From contig CAXXHG010000020.1 in NCBI GenBank assembly GCA_963666315.2, positions 1 through 64,000 of the forward strand: DNA of 64,000 bases. Direction: 5' to 3'. Positions 31,846 through 41,430 of this stretch are shown here, piece by piece. This DNA comes from Candidatus Binatia bacterium. Its GTDB lineage: Bacteria; Desulfobacterota; Binatia; Bin18. The translations under genes were made by a program, and so were the position numbers. Under the pieces are notes generated by a model that was not told the origin of the DNA, did no database searches, and was given only the letters and a program-made list of their open reading frames with translations. Position 1 is the stretch's first letter, and each line of letters starts with the position of its first letter.

Positions 31846-32949
31846 CTAGTCTAGGTTGTACAGCTCAGCCACGTTGTCGTGCAGAATCCAGTTCTTTTCC
31901 TGTTCCGTAAGATGGGCCGTATGTTTCTTCAGCAGTTCCTGTGAGTACGGCCAGGTCGAATCGCTGTGCGGGAAATCATTCGCCCACATCAGGCGACGCG
32001 GGTTGCACATATCCATCATCCGGAAAGCCACCCAATCGTCCTGAAAGGTGGTGTAGATATTCTCGCTGAAATATTCGCTCGGCATCCTGGACAATTCTTG
32101 GCCGGCTTTCAGCCAATAGCGATGCCGGTCATACGCGTGATCCATGCGGTACATATAGTGCGGCACCCAGCCTGCGTCCGCCTCGACACACACGATTTTC
32201 AGTTTGGGGTTACGCTCGAATACGCCGCCTAAGATAAAAGTCCCCATGAGGTCTTGGTTCCCGCGGATGATGGACAAGAAGCCGTTCAGCTTCGGCCCGC
32301 GCGCTGGCGTTCCCACAACATCTCCCTTACTGGTCAGAATGTGGAAGCTGAGCGGCATTTCCATGTCTATTGTCGCGTCCCAGAACGGATCATAGATGGG
32401 GTCATCGTAGTCAGACAGCTGCGGGTTGCCCGGCATCATCACCGCACGTAGTCCCAGCTCTTTTATTTTCCGAACATCTTGGATGCCTTCCTCAACTGAG
32501 CGCATGGCGGTTTGACCCTGACCGATAAGCCGATCCGGATGAGCCGCGCAGTATTCAGCGATCCATTCGTTGTAGGCATCAAAGCAGGCTTTTTTGTAAT
32601 CGAAGTCCGGGTGGTTGCACAGCAGCATACCGACTGTGGGGTAGATCACCTCGGCCGCCACGCCATCACGATCTTGATCAGCCATGCGCGCCTCCGGGTC
32701 CCAGCCGCCACGATGCAGATCTTCGAACTTAGCGCCAAACATGGTGAGTTCCTCGGCCTTCTTCCCAGCCGCAGCAACGAGCCCCATGGGGATGGGCCGT
32801 TTCAGACCGTTGATGACAAAGAGGTCGCCCTTTTTTTCGTCCGAGACCATATGCGGCGCTGTATCCTTATACTTTTTATCGATACGGTCTATATACGTGC
32901 CCGGAGGCTCGGTGATATGCGAGTCAGAAGAAATTATGGGTTTGAGCAT
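31846..32949 (-). CDS. Amidohydrolase family 2 protein
   Basis: SSDSHITEP, EVIYPT, SFHI, VEADAGW, WANDFPHSD motifs. Confidence 0.93.
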   Translation of the reverse strand: MLKPIISSDSHITEPPGTYIDRIDKKYKDTAPHMVSDEKKGDLFVINGLKRPIPMGLVAAAGKKAEELTMFGAKFEDLHRGGWDPEARMADQDRDGVAAEVIYPTVGMLLCNHPDFDYKKACFDAYNEWIAEYCAAHPDRLIGQGQTAMRSVEEGIQDVRKIKELGLRAVMMPGNPQLSDYDDPIYDPFWDATIDMEMPLSFHILTSKGDVVGTPARGPKLNGFLSIIRGNQDLMGTFILGGVFERNPKLKIVCVEADAGWVPHYMYRMDHAYDRHRYWLKAGQELSRMPSEYFSENIYTTFQDDWVAFRMMDMCNPRRLMWANDFPHSDSTWPYSQELLKKHTAHLTEQEKNWILHDNVAELYNLD

Positions 32950-33020
32950 TGAGCATTCTCCTAGATTTTGACATTCTCATTCCAGGCCGCAGCGCGCTGC
33001 GCCCCTCTATTTTATTTTGC

Positions 33021-34139
33021 TTATTTTGCGGAGAACAGCGTCTCCTCACTCGGCACGGCCTTATGCGGGTTGAAGTACGGAATCACGTACTGCCCGATCC
33101 GGCTGATAGATCGCATGATATTCTTGTGTGGAATGTGGCCTGCCTGCTTGAAGAAGATCACCTGATCCAGGCCTGCCTGGGCAAAGGTCTCAAGTTTCCG
33201 ATTGACCTCGTCCGGGTTGCCCACCGTCACCATCGGGTGCTCTTTCAGCTGGGCATCCGTCAGATCATTAGCATCGGCCTCAAGGTCAAACAAGCTGCGT
33301 AGATATTCGTAGGAATAGAGATTATTCTTCACCATCAGTGGCTCAAACAACTTGGCTACGTTGTGCAGAAACCAGCGCGCCCCATCGAGACCAATAGTCT
33401 CTTCTTCTTTGTTCTCGGCAACATGGCAAATGGCAACACCGGCAAAGCGCTCGTTAATGACTTTGACAACAACGTCGGTTCGGTCCGTACACTTCTCACG
33501 ATAGGTTTCCATGGCTTTCTGGACTTGTTCCCAGTTGAAGTTAAAGCTGAGCACGCCCAGACCACGGTCGGCCGCCATCTCATAGCTGTCCGGGGCTACA
33601 CACGCCATCCACATCGGCGGATGCGGCTCCTGGATCGGTTTAGGCACCACGCGCCGCGGCGGAATCTGAATCGTCTGGCCGTTGTATTCGAGAATATCCT
33701 CAGTCCAGGCTTTGACAATCACGTCCAGCGCTTCCCGCACTTCGAGTCGGGTCCGGTCGTAATCCACGCCAAAGCCATCTAACTCCTGGGCTGTGGTCGA
33801 GCGCCCGGTGCCGAGGTCCATACGACCATTGCTCAGAATGTCCAGCACGGCGGCTTGTTCAGCCACTTTAATCGGATGATTGAACCGATGGGGTAAGAGG
33901 CGCACACCGTGAGCAAGGCGAATATTCTTAGTCCGCTGCGATACGGCACCATAGAACACCTCGGGAGCCGGGCTATGCGAATATTCTTCCAGGAAATGGT
34001 GTTCGACTTCCCACACATAGTCAAAGCCGACCTTGTCGGCCAGCTCAATCTGCGCCAGTGCTTCGTGGTAGATGTTGTACTCGCTCAGCTTGTTCCACGG
34101 CCGCGGAGTCTCCATTTCATACAGCATGCCGAATTGCAT
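33021..34139 (-). CDS. LLM-class (luciferase alpha-like) monooxygenase
   Basis: WEVEHHFLEEYSHSPAPE, HPIKVAEQAAVLDILSNGR, PKPIQEPHPPMW motifs. Confidence 0.93.
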   Translation of the reverse strand: MQFGMLYEMETPRPWNKLSEYNIYHEALAQIELADKVGFDYVWEVEHHFLEEYSHSPAPEVFYGAVSQRTKNIRLAHGVRLLPHRFNHPIKVAEQAAVLDILSNGRMDLGTGRSTTAQELDGFGVDYDRTRLEVREALDVIVKAWTEDILEYNGQTIQIPPRRVVPKPIQEPHPPMWMACVAPDSYEMAADRGLGVLSFNFNWEQVQKAMETYREKCTDRTDVVVKVINERFAGVAICHVAENKEEETIGLDGARWFLHNVAKLFEPLMVKNNLYSYEYLRSLFDLEADANDLTDAQLKEHPMVTVGNPDEVNRKLETFAQAGLDQVIFFKQAGHIPHKNIMRSISRIGQYVIPYFNPHKAVPSEETLFSAK

Positions 34140-34218
34140 AACGTGCTCCTTTCTATGGTTAGTTATTTCTTTTTCTTAGCTCCCTAATGATTCATACCCT
34201 GATTCATACCTGCATCCT

Positions 34219-35370
34219 TTATAGCCCGTAGATCCGCGCCACATTTTCACTCAGGACTTTGCGCCGAGTTTCTTCAGACAGTGCTTCCACCATTGTTGCC
34301 AAGTCTTTGATGTAGTCACACGTATGGTCGTCGTGCGGAAAATCACTCGCCCAAAAGAATTTGTCCGGACCAATATACTCAATCAGATACGGGAGGGCGC
34401 GTTCATCCGGATCAGCCGAAATCCAGCATTGGCGTCGAAAATAATAACTCGGGACTTCTTTGAGCGGCACGCTCCTGCCGAGAGGCGTCTTATAGGCTGC
34501 ATCCATGCGGTCCAGCATCTGGCCTATCCAGCCCGCGCCTGACTCCAATATCACCACTTTGACTTGAGGAAAGCGGTCGAACAGGCCGTACTGAAAAAGC
34601 CCCAGAAACGCTTGCTGGGGCCCTTGGCCGCCGAGCATATCGACCCACCATTCGCCCCATTTATACATCCCGCGAAAGCGTTGATAGACACGCCGCTTCG
34701 GCGGTTCAGCGACCGGATGGATACCAATCGGCACGTCGAGATCCTGAGCCGCAGCCCAGAATGGATCATGATCTGTATGCCCATGGGCTTTATCCGTCAG
34801 CGTATACGGCGATACAAAAGCGCCTTTGGCCCCAGCCTTGACCGCCCGTTCTAATTCTTGCGCCGCAGCCTCACCTGTCGTGAGGCAGATATGGGCAATC
34901 GGAATCAGCCGGCCATTCGAATCGGAACAAAAATCAACGATCCAACGGTTGTAGGCCCGAGTGTAGGCTGTGGCCAGATCGAGATCGGTGACTTCGGCTT
35001 CCCACTCCAGACAAATGGTTGGATAGATCAGCGCTTTGACCAGATTTTCCTGGTCCAGCAAAACTAGCCGTTCTTGGGGATCGTTCCCGCCAAACGGGAT
35101 ACTTTTCGTATAGCCCTTTTGCTTAATGACATTCCGCTCTTCAAACGTACTGCCCATGCTCCGACCACGAGCCAGGATTTCAGCATCAAAATCGCGCGAG
35201 CGTTTTCCGTCAAGTTCTAAGTGGTCCAGCCCATCCGGTCCGGGTCGAATCCGGATCGCGCGGTCGCGAAACTCAGGTTCAAGATAGCGCTCCCACAGAT
35301 CTGCGGGTTCGTTGATATGGCCATCTGCGTCGATGACCCCTTCGTAAGGTAGACGTGATGTTTGAAACAT
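34219..35370 (-). CDS. Amidohydrolase family 2 protein
   Basis: DADGHINEP, LIYPT, GIHP, LESGAGW, WASDFPHDD motifs. RBS GGAGG. Confidence 0.93.
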   Translation of the reverse strand: MFQTSRLPYEGVIDADGHINEPADLWERYLEPEFRDRAIRIRPGPDGLDHLELDGKRSRDFDAEILARGRSMGSTFEERNVIKQKGYTKSIPFGGNDPQERLVLLDQENLVKALIYPTICLEWEAEVTDLDLATAYTRAYNRWIVDFCSDSNGRLIPIAHICLTTGEAAAQELERAVKAGAKGAFVSPYTLTDKAHGHTDHDPFWAAAQDLDVPIGIHPVAEPPKRRVYQRFRGMYKWGEWWVDMLGGQGPQQAFLGLFQYGLFDRFPQVKVVILESGAGWIGQMLDRMDAAYKTPLGRSVPLKEVPSYYFRRQCWISADPDERALPYLIEYIGPDKFFWASDFPHDDHTCDYIKDLATMVEALSEETRRKVLSENVARIYGL

Positions 35371-35466
35371 CTTACCTCCTAGGTGAATTGGCCAGTTCGT
35401 TTTTGAAACTCAAGAGCATTGTTATAGCGCGGTTCTATGAGTGTCAATCCGAAATCAATTCTGAAA

Positions 35467-36009
35467 TCAATCCGAGAGCTTGACCGCATTTTGAAAAAAA
35501 TCTAGGACTTGTGTGGCTAATTCGTCGGCCTGGGAATTCAGCTCGTCTTCAGTCAAGTTGGCGATAGGGTGCGAGGTCACCAGAAACTGATAGTCCTGCA
35601 CGCCCCAGCTTGCCGCCATAGCCTGCCCAGTGCCGACAAACGGCGTTGTCACAATAGACGCGGTTGGAATGCCGGCTTGTTCTAATTTGAGTCCGTCGAG
35701 CACACTGCTCGAACTACACGAGCCTCAATCACCTACTCCGGACAGGACGAGATCAACCTGTTCCCGAAAAAGCGAAATCGCCTCCGCGCTCACAGCATGG
35801 CCGGATGATTTCTTACGGTCCAGGTACACCATGCGTATGCCATGGCGCTGCTCCAGCCGCTCAGCAACTTTGCACAGCAGCTCTTTCGAGTTGAACTTCG
35901 TATTTTCAACCAGGCCAAGGCGTAAACCTTGCAGCGATGCCAGTCTCGGCGCATAGGAAAATGGAGTCGTCCCCAACGGCATGCGAGGATCAAAAACCGT
36001 GCGATGCAT
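35467..36009 (-). CDS. UGSC-family selenoprotein (Sec at TGA 35727-35725)
   Basis: ORFs 35725-36009 and 35467-35703 are in one frame; read-through gives VLSGVGD-U-GSCSSSSVLDGLKLEQAGIPTASIVT (180 aa). SECIS-like hairpin follows. RBS GGAGGT. Confidence 0.88.
35696..35712 (-). promoter_or_regulatory. Candidate bacterial SECIS element
   Basis: TCGAGCA-GTG-TGCTCGA, 7-bp perfect stem starting 12 nt after the UGA, with GU in the loop. Confidence 0.65.
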
Positions 36010-36064
36010 AGACCACCTCCTGTTAGAGTTCCTTCTCTCTTTTATGGAGTTTTGTTCATGGCTC

Positions 36065-37102
36065 TTAGCCTACCAACTCGGTCACACAGCGCGTCCATTT
36101 ATTGCCCCAGCCGGGCAAACACGCCGACCAACTCCCGCCTTGCGCACCAGCACATACAATTAATAAGTCATCCGGGTCACTCATCACATAGCGCCAGGTT
36201 GTTTCATCTTCTGTAGTTATCTCACCGGGCAGCCGCCCGGCCCGTTTGAAATCCGCCACGCAACGACGTGCGTGTTGAATGACAAACTCTTGGACTTGCT
36301 GCCGGCTCCAGCCACTCTGTCTCATGATCTCGGCGTGCTCGCCTGCGAGCACCATCAGCGTTTGATTAAAACCATACACATTCGGTGTAGCCAGATTGCA
36401 GACTGCAGCAGCGAATTCCAAGAGTAAGGGCTCAGGCTCACGGGCGAGTTGATTATACACACCCATCAGAGTATTGGACGCGTACAACGTCACCGTACTG
36501 TCTTCGGGTTGAAAGCCGCGCTCAACGTGCAGCGGCTGCCAGGGATGCTCGACTTCGTTTTCCGCAAAACAAAATGTATACTTGCCAGGAGAGCCCAGGG
36601 TGGCTTTGTCCAATAAAACCGGTCGCGTGTTCAGCACGTTGAGCATCACCAGACGCAGCGCACGTCCAATCGTCGCATTGGCCCGCACTCCCGGTCCAAA
36701 CGCATTATGCGTCGCGTTAATACCGAGCTCGGGACCAATCGGCCCGTTCACAATGAGTGTCAGTGCTGATCCCCCGGTACTGGTTGCCGGGTTATGATAA
36801 TGAAACTCGGGCCGGCACAGACAACGCACCGCAGCCAACACCACCGGAAAGTATTCGGCTAAGCAGCCGGCCATAACGGCGTTGATGGCCACCTTCTCAG
36901 CCGGAATCGTCGCGTTTCGTTCAGCTATCGTCCCGATAATCTCGCTCGCTTTGACCTTCCCAGCCGCAAGCATGGCCTCGATCGATTTTTCCGTCGGCGG
37001 GACGAGCGGCAGACCGTCACTCCAGCCTTGCTGGTAATAGAATTCGATCCAGGCCGCAGCTTCGCTGGGGTCGGTTGATGGCGGAGTAATTTCCTCGTTC
37101 AT
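36065..37102 (-). CDS. Uncharacterised protein of the family typically paired with UGSC proteins
   Basis: GWSDGLPLVPPT, EKVAINAVMAGC, LIVNGP, RANATIGRALRL, CFAENE, WQPLHVERG motifs; directly upstream of the UGSC gene. Confidence 0.8.
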   Translation of the reverse strand: MNEEITPPSTDPSEAAAWIEFYYQQGWSDGLPLVPPTEKSIEAMLAAGKVKASEIIGTIAERNATIPAEKVAINAVMAGCLAEYFPVVLAAVRCLCRPEFHYHNPATSTGGSALTLIVNGPIGPELGINATHNAFGPGVRANATIGRALRLVMLNVLNTRPVLLDKATLGSPGKYTFCFAENEVEHPWQPLHVERGFQPEDSTVTLYASNTLMGVYNQLAREPEPLLLEFAAAVCNLATPNVYGFNQTLMVLAGEHAEIMRQSGWSRQQVQEFVIQHARRCVADFKRAGRLPGEITTEDETTWRYVMSDPDDLLIVCAGAQGGSWSACLPGWGNKWTRCVTELVG

Positions 37103-37371
37103 GCGGAACCTTTTAGGAGACTTACATTACCAACACATAGATAGAAAGAACAATCAGGTGACGTTCCTAGCATGTCCCCACTACCCACGCGTCCCTGGCC
37201 TAACAGCGTCTCCAGTAGAGGCGAAGCATTTTGTTGACTGCTCACCGAGTCGTTTAGAATCCGCGAGAAATGCTTCGCCCCTACGAACCCCAGCCCGAAG
37301 GAGCAGTTAGGCAGCTACGCTGTCGTGTGTTATGGAATGCCAATACTTTTTTGCTACGTAAGGACTATTTC

Positions 37372-38409
37372 ATGTCGCACCGCTTTATGACTCTGCCTGA
37401 AATTCGACGTGCCGCCAAAACCATCCTGCCGCCCGGGCCGTGGGCGTTTGGCGATGGGGGTGCGGAAACCGAGACCACACTGCGTCGAAACCGGAGTGCA
37501 CTGAAACAGTTAGCCATCCGGCAGCGCGTGCTGCGTGATGTCCGTCATGTTGATATCAGCACCACCTTCTTGGGACTTGAACTACCCACGCCATTTGCCA
37601 TCGCGCCCATGGGCAGGCTGATTTTGCTCCATCCCGAGGGTGATCTCGAAATGGTCCGAGGCGCCAGCCCGAGCCGTAATCTGGCATTCGTGAGCGGCGT
37701 TACAGGCTGGTCGGTTGAGACGCTGGCTCAGGAGGCGCGCGGGCCGTTGATGTACCAACTCTACTTCTCCGGGCCACGTTCCTGGTGCCAGGATCTGCTC
37801 GCTCGGGTCGAAGCCTGTGGCTACCACGCCGTATGTCTGACGGTCGATGTCCAAACCTATAGTCGGCGCGAACGTGATATTGAACTGCGCTTTAACCCGC
37901 AGAGCGTCCACAATTTAGCGCCGAACGATCAACCCCCCGAGTTCGGCTATCAGGCCCGTCTCACCTGGGACGACGTAGCTTGGCTCAAAAGCATTCTGTC
38001 TGTCCCACTTGGTCTGAAAGGTATTCTCACGCCCGAAGACGCCAAGCTTGCGGTCCAGGCCGGGGTCGACATCATTTGGGTCTCGAATCACGGTGGGCGT
38101 CAGCTCGATTCCACCCTGGCAACGATAGCCGTCTTACCCGAGATTATTGAGGCCGTTGACGGGCGGGCCCAGATTATTATTGACGGCGGCTTTCGGCGTG
38201 GTACGGACATTATTAAGGCGCTGGCTTTGGGTGCAGATATCGTTGCCTTAGGACGGCCTATGTTGTGGGGTCTGGCCGCAGACGGTGCGGCCGGCGTACA
38301 CCGGACTATCGAATTATTCCGTGACGAACTGGAAACCAACCTGGCCTTATGTGGCCAAACCAGCGTGCGCAACCTAGAGCCCAATCTGATTCGGCAGGTA
38401 GATTACTGA
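37372..38409 (+). CDS. FMN-dependent alpha-hydroxy acid oxidase/dehydrogenase
   Basis: LTVD, LKGI, SNHGGRQLD, DGGFRRGTDIIKALALGA motifs. Confidence 0.93.
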   Translation: MSHRFMTLPEIRRAAKTILPPGPWAFGDGGAETETTLRRNRSALKQLAIRQRVLRDVRHVDISTTFLGLELPTPFAIAPMGRLILLHPEGDLEMVRGASPSRNLAFVSGVTGWSVETLAQEARGPLMYQLYFSGPRSWCQDLLARVEACGYHAVCLTVDVQTYSRRERDIELRFNPQSVHNLAPNDQPPEFGYQARLTWDDVAWLKSILSVPLGLKGILTPEDAKLAVQAGVDIIWVSNHGGRQLDSTLATIAVLPEIIEAVDGRAQIIIDGGFRRGTDIIKALALGADIVALGRPMLWGLAADGAAGVHRTIELFRDELETNLALCGQTSVRNLEPNLIRQVDY

Positions 38410-38738
38410 GGCAGCGAATCTAGTCGTTGACATGTGCCGGAGCACGAAATGTTGCGCCCCAGCGGGGCTGCGCCCAGTCTTCCCCCGTCTGGATTCTCTA
38501 GATTCATAAACCAAGTGCAACACCAGCCTGATAAGGTGTTGTCATGGACAAGAGATACAGACAACCTTCACTTGAGGAGCGGTGTAAGATTGCCGGTCTT
38601 CAAGACGCGGGGAGCTCGCTCCGGCAAAATCACCTCGTTTAGAAGAGCTCGGTATCGAAGTTTTAGCCCGTCGCGTCGTGTATGCCGCAGAAGGCGTTGC
38701 CTTACGGCTCGAGGGAAAAACACGCTGAGAGGTGCGCA

Positions 38739-39605
38739 ATGAAAGTCTGGCTTGATGGCGATATTGTTGAGGGACATGAAGCAAAGATCTCCGTCTTTGA
38801 TCACGGTCGGCTATACGGAGACGGGGTGTTCGAAGGGCTGCGTATATTGAATCGGCGCGTGTTCCGGCTGAATGACCATCTGCGCCGTATGGCCGTATCA
38901 GCTAAAGCCATCGGACTCACGCTTCCCCTGCCCTCAGAGGAGATCGGCAGCATAGTCCTGCAAACAGCCCGAGCCTTTGACCACGACGAGGCATATATCC
39001 GCTTATTCATCACACGAAGTGAGGAGCCACCGGGCGTTGATCCCACGCCCTGCCGCGAGCCACGCATCATCTGTATTGTCGATCACCTCAGCATGTTTCC
39101 ACAAGAAAAAATGGAGCACGGCATCGACATGCTCACGTCGACCCTGCGCCGGCCTTCACCCGACGTCCTCGACCCACGTATCAGAAGCCTCAACTACCTC
39201 AATAACGTCCTGGCAAAGCAGGAAGCACGCCTGCGAGGTCTGGACGATGCGCTGCTGCTCAATCAATCCGGTACGGTCGCAGAAGCCAGCGGAGCCAATA
39301 TTTTCACGGTCCTGCAAGGCGTCCTGTCTACCCCGCCGTCGCACGACGGGGCACTCGAAGGGATTACGCGTGACAGCGTGCTCCAATGCGCGACAGAACT
39401 CGGCATCCCCGCGCGTGAAGCCACCCTGAGCCGCTACGACCTATTTAAGGCTGACGAAGTCTTCCTGACAGGTACGGGGGCACGCATGGTCCCGGTTGCT
39501 AGCCTGGACGGACACCCGGTGGGTGGCCAACACTGTGGTCCGCTGACGGCTCAACTGAGTACGGCTTTGGCTCGCTATTCTCAGCTGAACGGGATTCCTT
39601 TTTAA
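38739..39605 (+). CDS. ilvE: Branched-chain amino acid aminotransferase homologue (class IV), PLP Lys apparently replaced by Arg
   Basis: YGDGVFEG, YIRLFITR, VAEASGANIF, LEGITR, ADEVFLTGT motifs; PRIRSLNYLNN in place of the usual ..KSLNYLNN. Confidence 0.8.
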   Translation: MKVWLDGDIVEGHEAKISVFDHGRLYGDGVFEGLRILNRRVFRLNDHLRRMAVSAKAIGLTLPLPSEEIGSIVLQTARAFDHDEAYIRLFITRSEEPPGVDPTPCREPRIICIVDHLSMFPQEKMEHGIDMLTSTLRRPSPDVLDPRIRSLNYLNNVLAKQEARLRGLDDALLLNQSGTVAEASGANIFTVLQGVLSTPPSHDGALEGITRDSVLQCATELGIPAREATLSRYDLFKADEVFLTGTGARMVPVASLDGHPVGGQHCGPLTAQLSTALARYSQLNGIPF

Positions 39606-39631
39606 GAAGACGCTAGACACGAAACCCTGTT

Positions 39632-39660
39632 TTGACAGATGCTATTTCCTGCTGTAACCT
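39632..39660 (+). promoter_or_regulatory. Sigma70-type promoter of the ArsR-SRPBCC operon
   Basis: TTGACA (39632-39637), 17-nt spacer, TAACCT (39655-39660). Confidence 0.7.
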
Positions 39661-39677
39661 TCAACCATATGGTTGAA
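39660..39677. promoter_or_regulatory. Palindromic operator overlapping the ArsR start codon
   Basis: Perfect 18-bp palindrome TTCAACCAT/ATGGTTGAA. Confidence 0.75.
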
Positions 39678-40019
39678 TTACAAGATATAAGTTTGAACCA
39701 AACGTATGCCGCCATTGCCGATCCGACCCGCCGCGCGATTCTGATCCGCTTGATGCAGTCTGAAGCGCGCGTGACTGAGCTGGCCGAGCCCTTCGACATT
39801 TCGCTTAACGCGGTCTCAAAACATCTGCGCGTCCTTGAACGGGCACAGTTGATCCGCCGCAGGATCAAAGGCCGCGATCATTATCTGTCGGTGAACATTG
39901 AGCCACTCCAAGAGGCGGCCGAGTGGATCGAAACATACCAGCAGTTTTGGGAAAAACGTATGGATGCGCTTGAACTATTTCTGGTGAAAAAAAACTCCCA
40001 AAAGAAACCGAAGCGCTAA
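39669..40019 (+). CDS. ArsR/SmtB family transcriptional regulator
   Basis: AIADPTRRAIL, VTELAEPFDISLNAVSKHLRVLERAQLI wHTH. Confidence 0.93.
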   Translation: MVELQDISLNQTYAAIADPTRRAILIRLMQSEARVTELAEPFDISLNAVSKHLRVLERAQLIRRRIKGRDHYLSVNIEPLQEAAEWIETYQQFWEKRMDALELFLVKKNSQKKPKR

Positions 40020-40021
40020 GC

Positions 40022-40486
40022 ATGACAACCTCACCGACACACAACATCGTATACGTGCAGCGGCTGCTGCCGGCCACACCCCAAGAAGTGTTTGACGCCT
40101 GGATTGACCCCGACAGTCCAACCGCATGGATGCGACCGGACGAGATTACCAGTACCAGCACCGAGCTCGAGGTACGGGTTGGCGGGTCGTACCGTATTGT
40201 CATGCGCTGTGCCACGGCTGAATATATACACACCGGAGAATATCTCGAAATCCAGCCGTACGAACGCCTCGTCTTTACTTGGCGTACATCAGCCGACTGG
40301 CCACAGGCCAGTATTGTGACGGTTGAGCTGCATCCGCAGCAAGATGGGACTCAGCTCGAACTCACACACGAACGGCTGCCAGACGAAGAGTCTGTAGCCA
40401 ACTTTCAGGGCGGCTGGCAGAGCGTTGTCGAGAAGTTTGCAGTCTATCTGCATGCTCCAGCAGAAGCAGAGAGCAACCGGAGATAG
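40022..40486 (+). CDS. SRPBCC/AHSA1 domain protein
   Basis: EVFDAWIDP, RVGGSYRIVM, GEYLEIQPYERLVFTW, GGWQS motifs; adjacent to ArsR. Confidence 0.9.
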   Translation: MTTSPTHNIVYVQRLLPATPQEVFDAWIDPDSPTAWMRPDEITSTSTELEVRVGGSYRIVMRCATAEYIHTGEYLEIQPYERLVFTWRTSADWPQASIVTVELHPQQDGTQLELTHERLPDEESVANFQGGWQSVVEKFAVYLHAPAEAESNRR

Positions 40487-40539
40487 ACGCTTCTCCCTTG
40501 CGGCGGTAGACTCAGGCCGACTGACAAAGGAGGCCTTCT

Positions 40540-41418
40540 ATGTCTGGAAATTCTACCAGTCGTACAATTGATACGGGCACAGAGCGTGTAATTGACACGG
40601 GTACAGACCGTGTAATTGACACGGGCACAGACCACCTGCTCGCCCGCGTTGAAGATGGCGTCGCGGTCCTGACTTTCAATCGCCCAGAAGCGCGCAATGC
40701 CCTGTCCCCTAGCATGCTTCCAGCCTTACGGACGTTATTACCTGAACTGGAAATGGACCGTGATGTCGGCTGTGTGGTACTCACCGGCGCAGGTACCGCC
40801 TTCTGTGCCGGCGGAGATGTCAAAGGCATGGGCCGCTCAGCGGGTCGGGCTTCGACTCCGGAAGAACGCATTACGGAACTCGGCGCCCGACAGGCATCCG
40901 TCACTGCCGCAATACACGAACTGGCCAAGCCGGTTATTGCCGCCCTGCCAGGTGCAGCCGCCGGTGCAGGACTGTCCATTGCCCTATCGTGTGACTTACG
41001 CATTGCCGCGGAGAGCGCGTTTATTACCACCGCCTTCGTCAATATTGGTTTGAGCGGAGATTACGGGGGCAGTTGGTTCTTGACCCGGCTCGTGGGGCCG
41101 GCCAAGGCACGTGAACTATACTTTCTGGCTGACCGGATCGGAGCCACCGAGTGCCAGCAGCTGGGTATCGTCAATCGAGTCGTTCCAGACGAATATCTCC
41201 AGACCGAAGCCTTGACCTGGGCTAAACAGATTGCAGCCGGGCCACGCGTTGCACACCGCTATATGAAAGAAAATTTGAACCGAGCCCTGACGGCTGACCT
41301 ACGGACGTGTCTCACTATGGAAGCCGACCGACTAGCCCGGACCTCGATGACCGAAGATCATAAAGAGGCGGTCAAGGCGTTTGTTGAGAAACGTAAGCCC
41401 AGGTTTAAGGGGCGCTAG
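40540..41418 (+). CDS. Enoyl-CoA hydratase/isomerase family protein
   Basis: FNRPEARNAL, FCAGGDVK, GAAAGAG, GLSGDYGGSW motifs. RBS AGGAGG. Confidence 0.93.
   Translation: MSGNSTSRTIDTGTERVIDTGTDRVIDTGTDHLLARVEDGVAVLTFNRPEARNALSPSMLPALRTLLPELEMDRDVGCVVLTGAGTAFCAGGDVKGMGRSAGRASTPEERITELGARQASVTAAIHELAKPVIAALPGAAAGAGLSIALSCDLRIAAESAFITTAFVNIGLSGDYGGSWFLTRLVGPAKARELYFLADRIGATECQQLGIVNRVVPDEYLQTEALTWAKQIAAGPRVAHRYMKENLNRALTADLRTCLTMEADRLARTSMTEDHKEAVKAFVEKRKPRFKGR
40566..40637 (+). repeat. 24-bp tandem repeat x3 in the crotonase N-terminus
   Basis: AATTGATACGGGCACAGAGCGTGT / AATTGACACGGGTACAGACCGTGT / AATTGACACGGGCACAGACCACCT, encoding IDTGTERV-IDTGTDRV-IDTGTDHL. Confidence 0.85.
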
Positions 41419-41430
41419 AGAGAGGCAAAT

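Noticed and set aside
38420-38735. Intergenic region with hairpin CAACACC-AGCCTGATAA-GGTGTTG as a riboswitch or ribozyme upstream of ilvE
   Set aside because: I could not match the remaining conserved elements of any family I know; an Rfam/Infernal search would be needed.
40566-40637. 24-bp repeats as a CRISPR array
   Set aside because: The repeats are contiguous with no spacers, lie in frame inside a CDS, and there are no cas genes.
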